A stretch of 64,000 nucleotides of DNA from the NCBI GenBank assembly GCA_015065665.1, contig SVPX01000002.1, forward strand, positions 848-64,847, given 5' to 3'. The DNA comes from Oscillospiraceae bacterium (GTDB lineage Bacteria > Bacillota > Clostridia > Oscillospirales > Acutalibacteraceae). Below, piece after piece: positions 19,563 to 27,231 of the stretch. Each line of letters starts with the position of its first letter. Within the stretch, counting starts at the first letter, position 1. The notes under the pieces were generated by a model. It saw only the letters and a program-made list of their open reading frames with translations. It made no database searches and was not told where the DNA came from. The position numbers were made by a program, and so were the translations under genes.

Positions 19563-20279
19563 ATGATTGATATTCATTGTCATATACTGCCCGGCTTTGA
19601 CGATGGTGCAAGAGATATTTATGATACTCTGGATATGGCATCAATGGCACTTCTGGGAGGAACAAAGGTGATTGTGGCAACGCCACACTGTAATATCCCC
19701 GGCACAGACGGCAATTACTACAACTCCTATTACAGAGAGATATTTCAGAGTGCATGTAAGGCCCTGGAGAAAGAACGTATTCAATTGAGGCTTCTGCCGG
19801 GTATGGAGGTTTTTGCAACCTATGATTTGCCCGAGCTTATAAAGGATAAGAAAATTCTTACTCTGAATCAGAGTAATTACCTGCTTATGGAGTTCGCTTT
19901 TGATGAGGATCCCGAGTTTGCAGAGATTATGGTTGACAGAATTCTGGAAATGAAAATCACCCCCATAATAGCCCACCCTGAAAGATATGAGTTTATAAAG
20001 TATGACAGGGAATTTGCAAGGCTTCTTGTGCAGAAGGGTGCGATTCTTCAGGCCAACAAGGGCAGTATTATGGGCAGATACGGCAAGGGAGCTCAGGATA
20101 CTGTATATGAACTTCTTAAGCGTGACTTTATCAGCGTTGTTGCCAGTGACGCCCATAGCGCTGAGATTCGTACTCCCGATATGCGCAGGGCAAAGATGGC
20201 GGTAGGTGAGATTTGCGATACCAAGAAACTATTTGAAGATAATCCTATGAAAATCTGTACAAATCAGTCTTTGAAATAA
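19563..20279 (+). CDS. cpsB: PHP-family protein-tyrosine phosphatase (CpsB/CapC/YwqE)
   Basis: MIDIHCHILPGFDDGA, VATPH, PGME, IAHPERY, ASDAH; RBS AGGAGG. Confidence 0.92.
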   Translation: MIDIHCHILPGFDDGARDIYDTLDMASMALLGGTKVIVATPHCNIPGTDGNYYNSYYREIFQSACKALEKERIQLRLLPGMEVFATYDLPELIKDKKILTLNQSNYLLMEFAFDEDPEFAEIMVDRILEMKITPIIAHPERYEFIKYDREFARLLVQKGAILQANKGSIMGRYGKGAQDTVYELLKRDFISVVASDAHSAEIRTPDMRRAKMAVGEICDTKKLFEDNPMKICTNQSLK

Positions 20280-20310
20280 TCAGCGTAAAACTTAAATACA
20301 GACATAAGAA

Positions 20311-20341
20311 AACCGCTGTACGAGTAAATCGTACAGCGGTT
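20311..20341. terminator. Bidirectional terminator
   Basis: AACCGCTGTACGA-GTAAA-TCGTACAGCGGTT between convergent genes. Confidence 0.85.
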
Positions 20342-20359
20342 GTTTTGTTTGAGTGGAAA

Positions 20360-23300
20360 TCAGAACTTATCAAGAAGACCTGCAACAAACTTCTGAATTG
20401 CGGTTGCGTCACTAATTGAGATTTCTGTGTCTTTGTTAACATCTGCAAAGGGTTTGCCTTTTTCGCTGATTTCTGTGAGTTTTGCAAGGTGCTTCTGAAT
20501 GAGGGTTGCGTCCTTGATTGTAACTTTGCCGTCAAGGTCGCAGTCGCCGATAATGCCCTCTGCACTCTGTGTAGCATTACCTGTGATGATAATGTTGTTG
20601 AGTACAAGCTCACCGCCTGTGGGGTCATCAGCAACAACGCCGCCACTGATTGTTACATCGGTAGTTGCATAGAGTCTGAGGACAACAGTTTCCTTGTCAG
20701 CAACAGCCTCAGGTAATGTGAGGTTATCGAAGTAGAATATAGGAGTCTTTCTGTCTGCAAGTGCGATTGTATAGGATGCACCCTCGATATCTGTGAAGTT
20801 TTCACCATCAAGGCTGTAGGAAAGCTGCCAGGATGCGGGACACTTCTTGGAGCCTGCACTCTCAAGAGAGATTGCAAGGTCTTCAAAGCCCTTTGTGCTG
20901 AGTGTAACCTGTACATAAGGATTATCACCCCAGGGATTCTTGCCCCCTGCTGCCATAATGGGAACCATACTCTCGTTTTTACCATACTCAGGTTCGGACC
21001 ACTCAAGTGCTCTGTAGCCTGTGTCATTTACGGAGCCTACAAGTGTACCCTCACCGAAGGTTGCTGCGTAGCCATCCTTGGTGCCGTATTCCTCAAGCTT
21101 CTCGCCTGCTGTCTTGCCTGTGGGATCAAAGCAGAAGGCGGTGATTGTGTTATGAGGAAGTGTGGGTATAACAGGTTCGGGAGTTGTTGTTTCCTCTGTT
21201 GTTGGTGTGGTTGTGGTTTCTGTGGGAACCTGGGTAACAGTTGTTGTTATCTCGTCTGCTGATGTAGCAGGAATTGTTGTGGGCTCTACAGGTTCGGTGA
21301 AGGTCATAGTCTCGGTATTGTAGTAGGGCATACCTGCACCGTTTATCTTGCCTGAGGGATCTGTTGTGTAGTAGAGCATACCGTCAATGATGTCTGTGGA
21401 AGCTGTCTGTGCTCCGTTTGCACCATTGTTGAAATTGATTCTGGATACATTGGGAAGGTCAATTACTATCTTGTAAACATCGTTTCCGTACTCATTTGTG
21501 CAGAGGTACTGTGCTTTTTCACCGGGCCACTGCATGGGAATTGAGTTACCCCAGACATAGTAGTGAACATCATCCCAATCAAGCTCTGTTGAGAAGTAAA
21601 CTGTCTTTGTGTTGCTGTCAACAGGAGGATTAACAGGCTCGTCACCAATATTGTTGAAGTAGTCTGTCATCCATTCGCTTCTTGCTTTTACCCAGGCATA
21701 CAGATATTCAAGTTCACCCTCAACATCATCTGTGAAGGTCATCTTGAGGCTTCTGTTGTGGTCCTGACAAAGCCAAGCGAAATCCCACATAATGTAGTTG
21801 ATGTATGTGGATTTTTCAATGGATGATGCGTAGGCTTCAATGCTCTTTACAAGGTCGCCTTCACCGGGCTGAGCCTTGCCAAGGAGAATGTCAATCTTGG
21901 GAACGAAGTTTGTGTTCCAGATTCTTGCACAAAGCTGCTCAAAGGTCTCGCCCTGAGAGGTTGTACCCTTTACATAGAATGCCTGACCGTAGGGGTTTAC
22001 TACACGGTTGTATGTTGCTGTGCGGGTTGTCCAGCCTGTGTGATCCCCTGTGGATGTCTGACAACCGTCACGTCTGACGTCAACTGCGCCCAGGTCGGAG
22101 TCGCAGTCCCAGATGGGAGTTGCGTAGAACTTGTTTTCTTCTGCATTGTATGTGAAGAATGTGGATGTGTAACCGCCGTCACAGTTTTTACCGAAGTCCT
22201 GAAGCAGGTACTGCTGTGCAAGGCTTTCCATATCGCAGATTTTCTCAATATCAGCCAGAGTGCCGTTATAGAGTGCGTTTTCAAGTTCCTGATACTTGTT
22301 CTTGATGTAATCATATCTTACCTGCCACTGAGGGCTGTTTGTTTCAAAGTCCTCCAGGTCAGGAGTTTTAAGAACAACATTGAAGCCTTTTTTGGATGTG
22401 AAGTAAGTATCGTTTTTGTAGTTCCATACATCAACCTCTACGAGGAAGTTGAAGCCTGTTTCAACATCTTCGGACTCGTCTTTCAGAGGAATCATTGTGT
22501 TTTTGCCCAGGTCAACCTTCTGACAGGCAATGTAGGAGCCGCGGTATACACCGTTTACAAAGAAGTCGATGAAACTCTGGTCAGAGTAGTAGGGAGAACC
22601 AACATCCTTAGAAAGGTCATACATAATGGAGTTTCTCAGCAGGGTGGAGTCCTTTGTGTTGGATACAAGAGAGAACTTCTTGCTAGTAGTATTGCCGATT
22701 GTAGTGGTGTTTGAGAAGTTGATGTTAAAGGGCTTTTTGTCGTAATCTCTCCAGTTTGTGTTGCCTCTGCCCTTGATTTTCTTCAGGTCGCCATCCTGTA
22801 CTCCGTTTTTGTCAACGATTGAGTAAGAAGCGGTGGAGCAGGAGTTTTCTTTGTTCTGAACAAGGAAAGACCACAGGTCGGTGTTCTGGGTTTCGTCGTT
22901 AACATCTACATAGGAGTTTGTTGCGTCATTGATGTACAGAGAAGCCTCTGCATCACTCTTTAAAACCTTGAACTGATAGGTTTTGTCAGCACCAACGATA
23001 ACGGAGATTTCCTCGTCCTCAACATACTCAACAAATGCGGATGTGTGAGCAGGGATTGTAACATCGCCAACAACTGCATCTTCGTTGTAGTTGTTGTAGA
23101 TTTCGATTATGCTGTCGTGGGATGTAGCAGGGAGGAAGAAGTAGCGTATACCTTCTTCTGCGTTGAAGCCCTGATAGTCCTTCATCCATTTCTGCCATGC
23201 CTCGGTGCTGTCGTCACCTGCTATGGCGTGAGCATAAAGTGCCTCCCAATCTGATGTTGCAAAACTGGGATAAGACGCAGGGTCGGGGGAGGTGGCATCT

Positions 23301-23377
23301 GTATCTGCAGCAAATGTAAGTGGAGCAATTGTCATAAGCATACAGAGCACCATTAAAAGACTGATAAATTTCTTCAT
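20360..23377 (-). CDS. Secreted CotH-family kinase with CBM26-like module, Thr/Pro linker and C-terminal dockerin
   Basis: Signal peptide; IKGRGNTNW..KKPFNI, DSTLLRN, NGVYRGSY, PIWDCDSDLG; VYF..WDDVHYYVW..WPG; dockerin GDCDLDGKVTIKDATLIQK / DVNKDTEISISDATAIQK. Confidence 0.85.
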   Translation of the reverse strand: MKKFISLLMVLCMLMTIAPLTFAADTDATSPDPASYPSFATSDWEALYAHAIAGDDSTEAWQKWMKDYQGFNAEEGIRYFFLPATSHDSIIEIYNNYNEDAVVGDVTIPAHTSAFVEYVEDEEISVIVGADKTYQFKVLKSDAEASLYINDATNSYVDVNDETQNTDLWSFLVQNKENSCSTASYSIVDKNGVQDGDLKKIKGRGNTNWRDYDKKPFNINFSNTTTIGNTTSKKFSLVSNTKDSTLLRNSIMYDLSKDVGSPYYSDQSFIDFFVNGVYRGSYIACQKVDLGKNTMIPLKDESEDVETGFNFLVEVDVWNYKNDTYFTSKKGFNVVLKTPDLEDFETNSPQWQVRYDYIKNKYQELENALYNGTLADIEKICDMESLAQQYLLQDFGKNCDGGYTSTFFTYNAEENKFYATPIWDCDSDLGAVDVRRDGCQTSTGDHTGWTTRTATYNRVVNPYGQAFYVKGTTSQGETFEQLCARIWNTNFVPKIDILLGKAQPGEGDLVKSIEAYASSIEKSTYINYIMWDFAWLCQDHNRSLKMTFTDDVEGELEYLYAWVKARSEWMTDYFNNIGDEPVNPPVDSNTKTVYFSTELDWDDVHYYVWGNSIPMQWPGEKAQYLCTNEYGNDVYKIVIDLPNVSRINFNNGANGAQTASTDIIDGMLYYTTDPSGKINGAGMPYYNTETMTFTEPVEPTTIPATSADEITTTVTQVPTETTTTPTTEETTTPEPVIPTLPHNTITAFCFDPTGKTAGEKLEEYGTKDGYAATFGEGTLVGSVNDTGYRALEWSEPEYGKNESMVPIMAAGGKNPWGDNPYVQVTLSTKGFEDLAISLESAGSKKCPASWQLSYSLDGENFTDIEGASYTIALADRKTPIFYFDNLTLPEAVADKETVVLRLYATTDVTISGGVVADDPTGGELVLNNIIITGNATQSAEGIIGDCDLDGKVTIKDATLIQKHLAKLTEISEKGKPFADVNKDTEISISDATAIQKFVAGLLDKF

Positions 23378-23536
23378 TGAATCATCTCCTGTTTAATATA
23401 TTTAAAAAAGTTTAACATTTATATCATAACATACAGGCAAGACGAACACAAATAAATTTGATTGAGTCCCATATAAAATATATCCTTTTGTTTTTGTTGG
23501 AAATACACAAGGCGATTGTATAAAAGAAACAAAGAA

Positions 23537-23574
23537 AAATGCACCTTATAGGTTATAATACCCAAGGTGCATTT
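23537..23574 (-). terminator. Terminator after the radical SAM gene
   Basis: AAATGCACCTT/AAGGTGCATTT inverted repeat followed on the minus strand by a T-rich tract. Confidence 0.7.
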
Positions 23575-23591
23575 GTTTGATAGAGGAATAT

Positions 23592-24707
23592 TTATTGTTC
23601 TTCGGCTTTTTCTGCAAATTCTCTGAGAGTTTCTTTGAAACAAGCGGAAAGTCTGCACATATAATCAGGCTTTCCGTCAAACCTGCCTGTTTCAGAGAAA
23701 GTAACTGCGGCGCAGTTCATACACACATTTTTGTCCTGGCAGTTTATGCAGTCGGGACACAGGCGGATATCAGCACAACTTTTTCTGAGAGATTCCCAGG
23801 CAGACTCAAATTCTGTGTTACGGAGATTTATCTGGGGTGTGCTTATCATTCCGCAGGGAGTAATGCCTCCGTGCCAGTTAACCCAGAACTGAGACCGACC
23901 TGCAAGGCACTGTATGGGGTTGCCTACATCAAGGTCGCAGGTGCGTTGTACTGCAGGGAGCTGACTTCTCAGACGGGCATTGATGCCCTCTTTGCCTTCT
24001 CGGTAGAGAATGTCCAGCGCCATTACGCGGGCAGTTTCCTCAGGGGTAAGACGCTGAAAGTCACAGCAACTGTCACCCTCGGCACGGCGGGTGGGAGGAA
24101 AGCAGTAGGATGTCATACGAAGCTGAGTGTTGTATCTTGTGGCAAATTCCTCAAGCTCACGCCATTTATCCTTGTTTGTGGGTGTCATTGTAGTGTTCAG
24201 ATGAACAAGTATACCCTCGCTTTGCAGCCATTCAAGGTTCTGAACCATTTTGTCAAAGACTGTGCCGTCACCGCACAGAGCCGTGTAGTCCTCTGCACAT
24301 ACACCATAGATGGTTATGTTTACCTGTGCAGGGGGAAGTCTGTGCCAAACTTCCTTGATTTCATCAGTAAGAAGTGTACCGTTTGTGTTGATGCTCAAAG
24401 ATAGCCCCAGCTTTGTAAGTTCTTCATAAATATAGGGAAAATCCCCACGCAGGGTAGGCTCGCCGCCGGTAAGAAGGAGAAAAAGCATACCCGCCTTGGC
24501 ACATTGTTTGCCCAGGTCAATCCATTCCTGTGCTGTGAACTCTGTGCCGATGGGTTTCATCTGCTGTGGTGTCAGGCGGACATAGCACATCTTGCACTTT
24601 AAGTTGCATCTGGGTGTCAGTTCAAATATACCGCTTACGGGAATTCCCTTGTCGGCACATTGACGGCTGAGTATTCTTTTGATTTCAACACAATTATCAG
24701 GTGTCAT
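23592..24707 (-). CDS. Radical SAM protein with SPASM domain (peptide maturase-like)
   Basis: CNLKCKMCY (CxxxCxxC), LTGGEP, NTNGTL; SPASM CLAG..GITPC..CINC..CMNC..C. Confidence 0.92.
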   Translation of the reverse strand: MTPDNCVEIKRILSRQCADKGIPVSGIFELTPRCNLKCKMCYVRLTPQQMKPIGTEFTAQEWIDLGKQCAKAGMLFLLLTGGEPTLRGDFPYIYEELTKLGLSLSINTNGTLLTDEIKEVWHRLPPAQVNITIYGVCAEDYTALCGDGTVFDKMVQNLEWLQSEGILVHLNTTMTPTNKDKWRELEEFATRYNTQLRMTSYCFPPTRRAEGDSCCDFQRLTPEETARVMALDILYREGKEGINARLRSQLPAVQRTCDLDVGNPIQCLAGRSQFWVNWHGGITPCGMISTPQINLRNTEFESAWESLRKSCADIRLCPDCINCQDKNVCMNCAAVTFSETGRFDGKPDYMCRLSACFKETLREFAEKAEEQ

Positions 24708-25579
24708 CAGGGTAACTCCTTTGAAAATACGGTTTTATATGCAAGGCTTACAGCCTCTTTGCTTATATCACAGGTAAGTTCCCATACAGGGACTGAGCAT
24801 AACATATCCTGCAGGTTGTCTGTAACCTTCCTCATAAATTCCTCGTCCCAGGTGTTCAGGGTTATCTGGGTGTAAAGGGTAGAAAAGGCTTCTGCATTCA
24901 GCTTACGCACCTTGTTTTCTTTGCCCTGCTTCAGAGTGAAAATGCCTGCAATGGGTGCTTGTTTGTGACTATATATATGGGATGTACCGCTCCAGATGGA
25001 ACCGCCTCCGTAGAAAATACCGTTTTTGTTGGTGATAACACAGCGGTCACCGTTTATAACCTCAGCATCTGCAAACTCCTCCCAGAGTTTTGCCTGGGTG
25101 GATTTGCCTGCACCGGACTGACCACAGAAAAGTATGATTCTGTCATCCTTCAGAACAACGGAGGAATGAAGCAGAAAGGAGTTAAGGTTAAGGAGGAGCA
25201 TCTCGCCCCAGAGTAGGTGGGCACAATGCCAGTACTCCCGATATCGGTCCCATTTTTTTGAAGGGTAGTAGAGAATATTTTTTCCGTCAGAGCGTAAAAG
25301 ACAGGCCACCTGACATCCATCCTTCTCGGTGAGAGGAGAATAGACACGCAGACGGCCTTGATTAGTTACAAATATTTGAGAGTTGCCGTCAGTGTGTATA
25401 GGTAAGGTAGGTAATTCAAGGGGCTTATCAATAAGCTGAACCCTGTATTCGGCATCTGTCTGTGCTGAGTCTTCGCACAGAAGTGCAGTAATACACTGAG
25501 GCAAATTAACAGATGTGGGAAGAATAAATCTGATTCTTATCCCGGAAAAAAAGATACAGTATGAGTGTTCGCTGAACAT
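24707..25579 (-). CDS. HPr-kinase-like P-loop protein (resembles lasso-peptide kinases / ScmC)
   Basis: LLHSSVV..LFCGQSGAGKSTQA..W..INGDR, WSGTS; ATG 25579 lies 2 nt past the precursor stop (the longer ORF-track start overlaps the precursor). Confidence 0.72.
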   Translation of the reverse strand: MFSEHSYCIFFSGIRIRFILPTSVNLPQCITALLCEDSAQTDAEYRVQLIDKPLELPTLPIHTDGNSQIFVTNQGRLRVYSPLTEKDGCQVACLLRSDGKNILYYPSKKWDRYREYWHCAHLLWGEMLLLNLNSFLLHSSVVLKDDRIILFCGQSGAGKSTQAKLWEEFADAEVINGDRCVITNKNGIFYGGGSIWSGTSHIYSHKQAPIAGIFTLKQGKENKVRKLNAEAFSTLYTQITLNTWDEEFMRKVTDNLQDMLCSVPVWELTCDISKEAVSLAYKTVFSKELP

Positions 25580-25580
25580 A

Positions 25581-25841
25581 TCAGGATGTAAAACAAGCAC
25601 TGACCTGAGTATGGAAGCAGATGGAGTCATCCTCCTGTATGTATGCAGCATTCTTGGCGCAATCGGAGCTGAAGTACTCGGGACGGAGCAAAGCAATACT
25701 TCGCATCTCGGGGGGAGAATCGTTATCCCTTACAACACACATATTGTCCAGATAGTTAATCTGGATGGAACAAGCAGCGATGGACTGACTGAGCTTATAA
25801 TGTTCTACCGCTACCATAGGCTTTTTGTATTCCTTTTTCAT
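25581..25841 (-). CDS. Putative RiPP precursor peptide, 86 aa, Cys-rich
   Basis: MKKEYKKP (YxxP RRE-type leader), SIAA-C, Cys at 24/35/61/75/83, ends CFTS; between the PqqD and kinase/rSAM genes; purine-rich RBS. Confidence 0.78.
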   Translation of the reverse strand: MKKEYKKPMVAVEHYKLSQSIAACSIQINYLDNMCVVRDNDSPPEMRSIALLRPEYFSSDCAKNAAYIQEDDSICFHTQVSACFTS

Positions 25842-25906
25842 ACGTATTTCAACCTACCTTTCAAGCATCGGTTTGTAGTCCGATACCGATTGAACCTGAT
25901 TTCTGC

Positions 25907-26176
25907 TTAATTATCTATAAGAATTCCGTTCTTACGGAGAATTGCCAGGAACTCTCTTACATCAGCAAGTGCTGTGTCAGAGTCTACATTGAAATTTTCA
26001 AGGAGGGCATCCACAAGGCTCTGTTCCGTTTGTTCTTCTTTAAGAAGTTCAAACAAAAACTCACCGCATCCGGCAAGGGCTACAAGTCCCGAGAGGGAGC
26101 GGGCGGCCTCGCCTGTGGGCACAGCCACAGTCTCACCTGCAACTTTGCGGATAATAAATCCTGATGGAATATGCAT
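25907..26176 (-). CDS. PqqD family / RiPP recognition element (RRE) protein
   Basis: GFIIRKVAGETVAVPTG..GEFLFELL..DTALADVREFL..L..GIL; 89 aa; RBS AGGAGG before ATG 26176. Confidence 0.9.
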   Translation of the reverse strand: MHIPSGFIIRKVAGETVAVPTGEAARSLSGLVALAGCGEFLFELLKEEQTEQSLVDALLENFNVDSDTALADVREFLAILRKNGILIDN

Positions 26177-26240
26177 TTTTTGCCTCCTGTATCGTGAAAA
26201 GGGGCATTTCTCCCCTATACCACTGCAAATACTCAATTTT

Positions 26241-26269
26241 ATTATAGCGGGTAGTATGTTAAATTGCAA
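26241..26269 (-). promoter_or_regulatory. SigA-type promoter for the pqqD-precursor-kinase-rSAM operon
   Basis: Minus strand TTGCAA-N17-TATAAT. Confidence 0.7.
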
Positions 26270-26312
26270 GGTTTTTTTGCATAAAATTTTGACTTTTTTT
26301 TCCTAAAAATTA

Positions 26313-26341
26313 TTGACTGTGATATGTAGGGATGTTATAAT
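26313..26341 (+). promoter_or_regulatory. SigA-type promoter for the lipoprotein / giant protein genes
   Basis: TTGACT-N17-TATAAT with extended TG. Confidence 0.75.
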
Positions 26342-26402
26342 CCATTATGTATAGTAATAGGTATAATAGGATAAGTGCCTATATCGGTCAGGCGGTGAGA
26401 TA

Positions 26403-27116
26403 ATGATTTTTGATAATAGAATAGAGCCAAAGAGAGCAGGTAACTTACCTGTAAGGGTTATTTCTTTGCTATTAGTGCTTGTGATTTCCTGCGGTTTTCT
26501 GACTGCTTGTAAGGGTGATAAACCGGGGAATAAACAGGATTATGCAGGTGAGCCCGTTACTGAGTACAGACCTTCGTCTGCTGAGCTTTACTGCCACGAG
26601 ATTTCAACCTACACAGGTCCTTATGTGGAGGATGGCAAGAATGAAGATGTCAAGAACGTAGCCGCAATCCTTGTGGAGAACCGTTCAAAGCAGTTCCTGG
26701 ACTACGCAACCATAACCTATTCTGTAGGGGGTAAGGTCGCAACCTTCAGGGTTACAGGACTTCCTGTGGGTGGCAAGGCATGGGTGCTTGAGGCAGACAG
26801 GCTTCAGCTTGACGGCACACATTCCTTTGAGTTCCTTGACTGTGAGAGTGTGTTCAAGAAGGACGCGGTTACATCCACAACGGATATTGAAATCACAACT
26901 GAGGGAAATGTGCTGACAGCAAAGAGCAAGACAAGCAAGACGCTTAAAAACGTTTGTGTATACTATAAGAATATGAATGATGACGGCAACTACTTGGGTG
27001 GCATCACTTATATGATAAATTTTGGTACTGTTACACCGGGACAGGGTGTGAGCAACCAGTCTGCTCATTTCGGAGAAAAATCCCGTATTGTTAGGTTCAG
27101 TTTTCAGGAAGAGTAA
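26403..27116 (+). CDS. Hypothetical lipoprotein
   Basis: Hydrophobic stretch ending in lipobox FLTA-C; beta-rich mature region. Confidence 0.7.
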   Translation: MIFDNRIEPKRAGNLPVRVISLLLVLVISCGFLTACKGDKPGNKQDYAGEPVTEYRPSSAELYCHEISTYTGPYVEDGKNEDVKNVAAILVENRSKQFLDYATITYSVGGKVATFRVTGLPVGGKAWVLEADRLQLDGTHSFEFLDCESVFKKDAVTSTTDIEITTEGNVLTAKSKTSKTLKNVCVYYKNMNDDGNYLGGITYMINFGTVTPGQGVSNQSAHFGEKSRIVRFSFQEE

Positions 27117-27231
27117 AACTCAAAAAATCTCAAAGATTTTATTATATATACATTAATATATAATATTTACATATATTTTTCATTTTCCTTTGGCAACGGA
27201 GTTTGCCCATTAAGAAAGGAGTAATATCCAT

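Noticed and set aside
16144-20279. Conventional capsule/EPS biosynthesis locus
   Set aside because: Only CpsB/C/D-type regulators are present; no glycosyltransferase, flippase, polymerase or sugar-nucleotide genes are recognisable here, though they could lie elsewhere in the genome.
25580-25696. ORF-track N-terminal extension of the kinase-like gene
   Set aside because: Overlaps the precursor in another frame; ATG 25579 directly after the precursor stop is more plausible.
14073-26176. Lasso peptide gene cluster (YxxP leader, PqqD, kinase, nucleotidyltransferase)
   Set aside because: No asparagine-synthetase-like cyclase or transglutaminase-like B2 protease in the window; the core is too long and Cys-rich, and the leader lacks the usual penultimate Thr.
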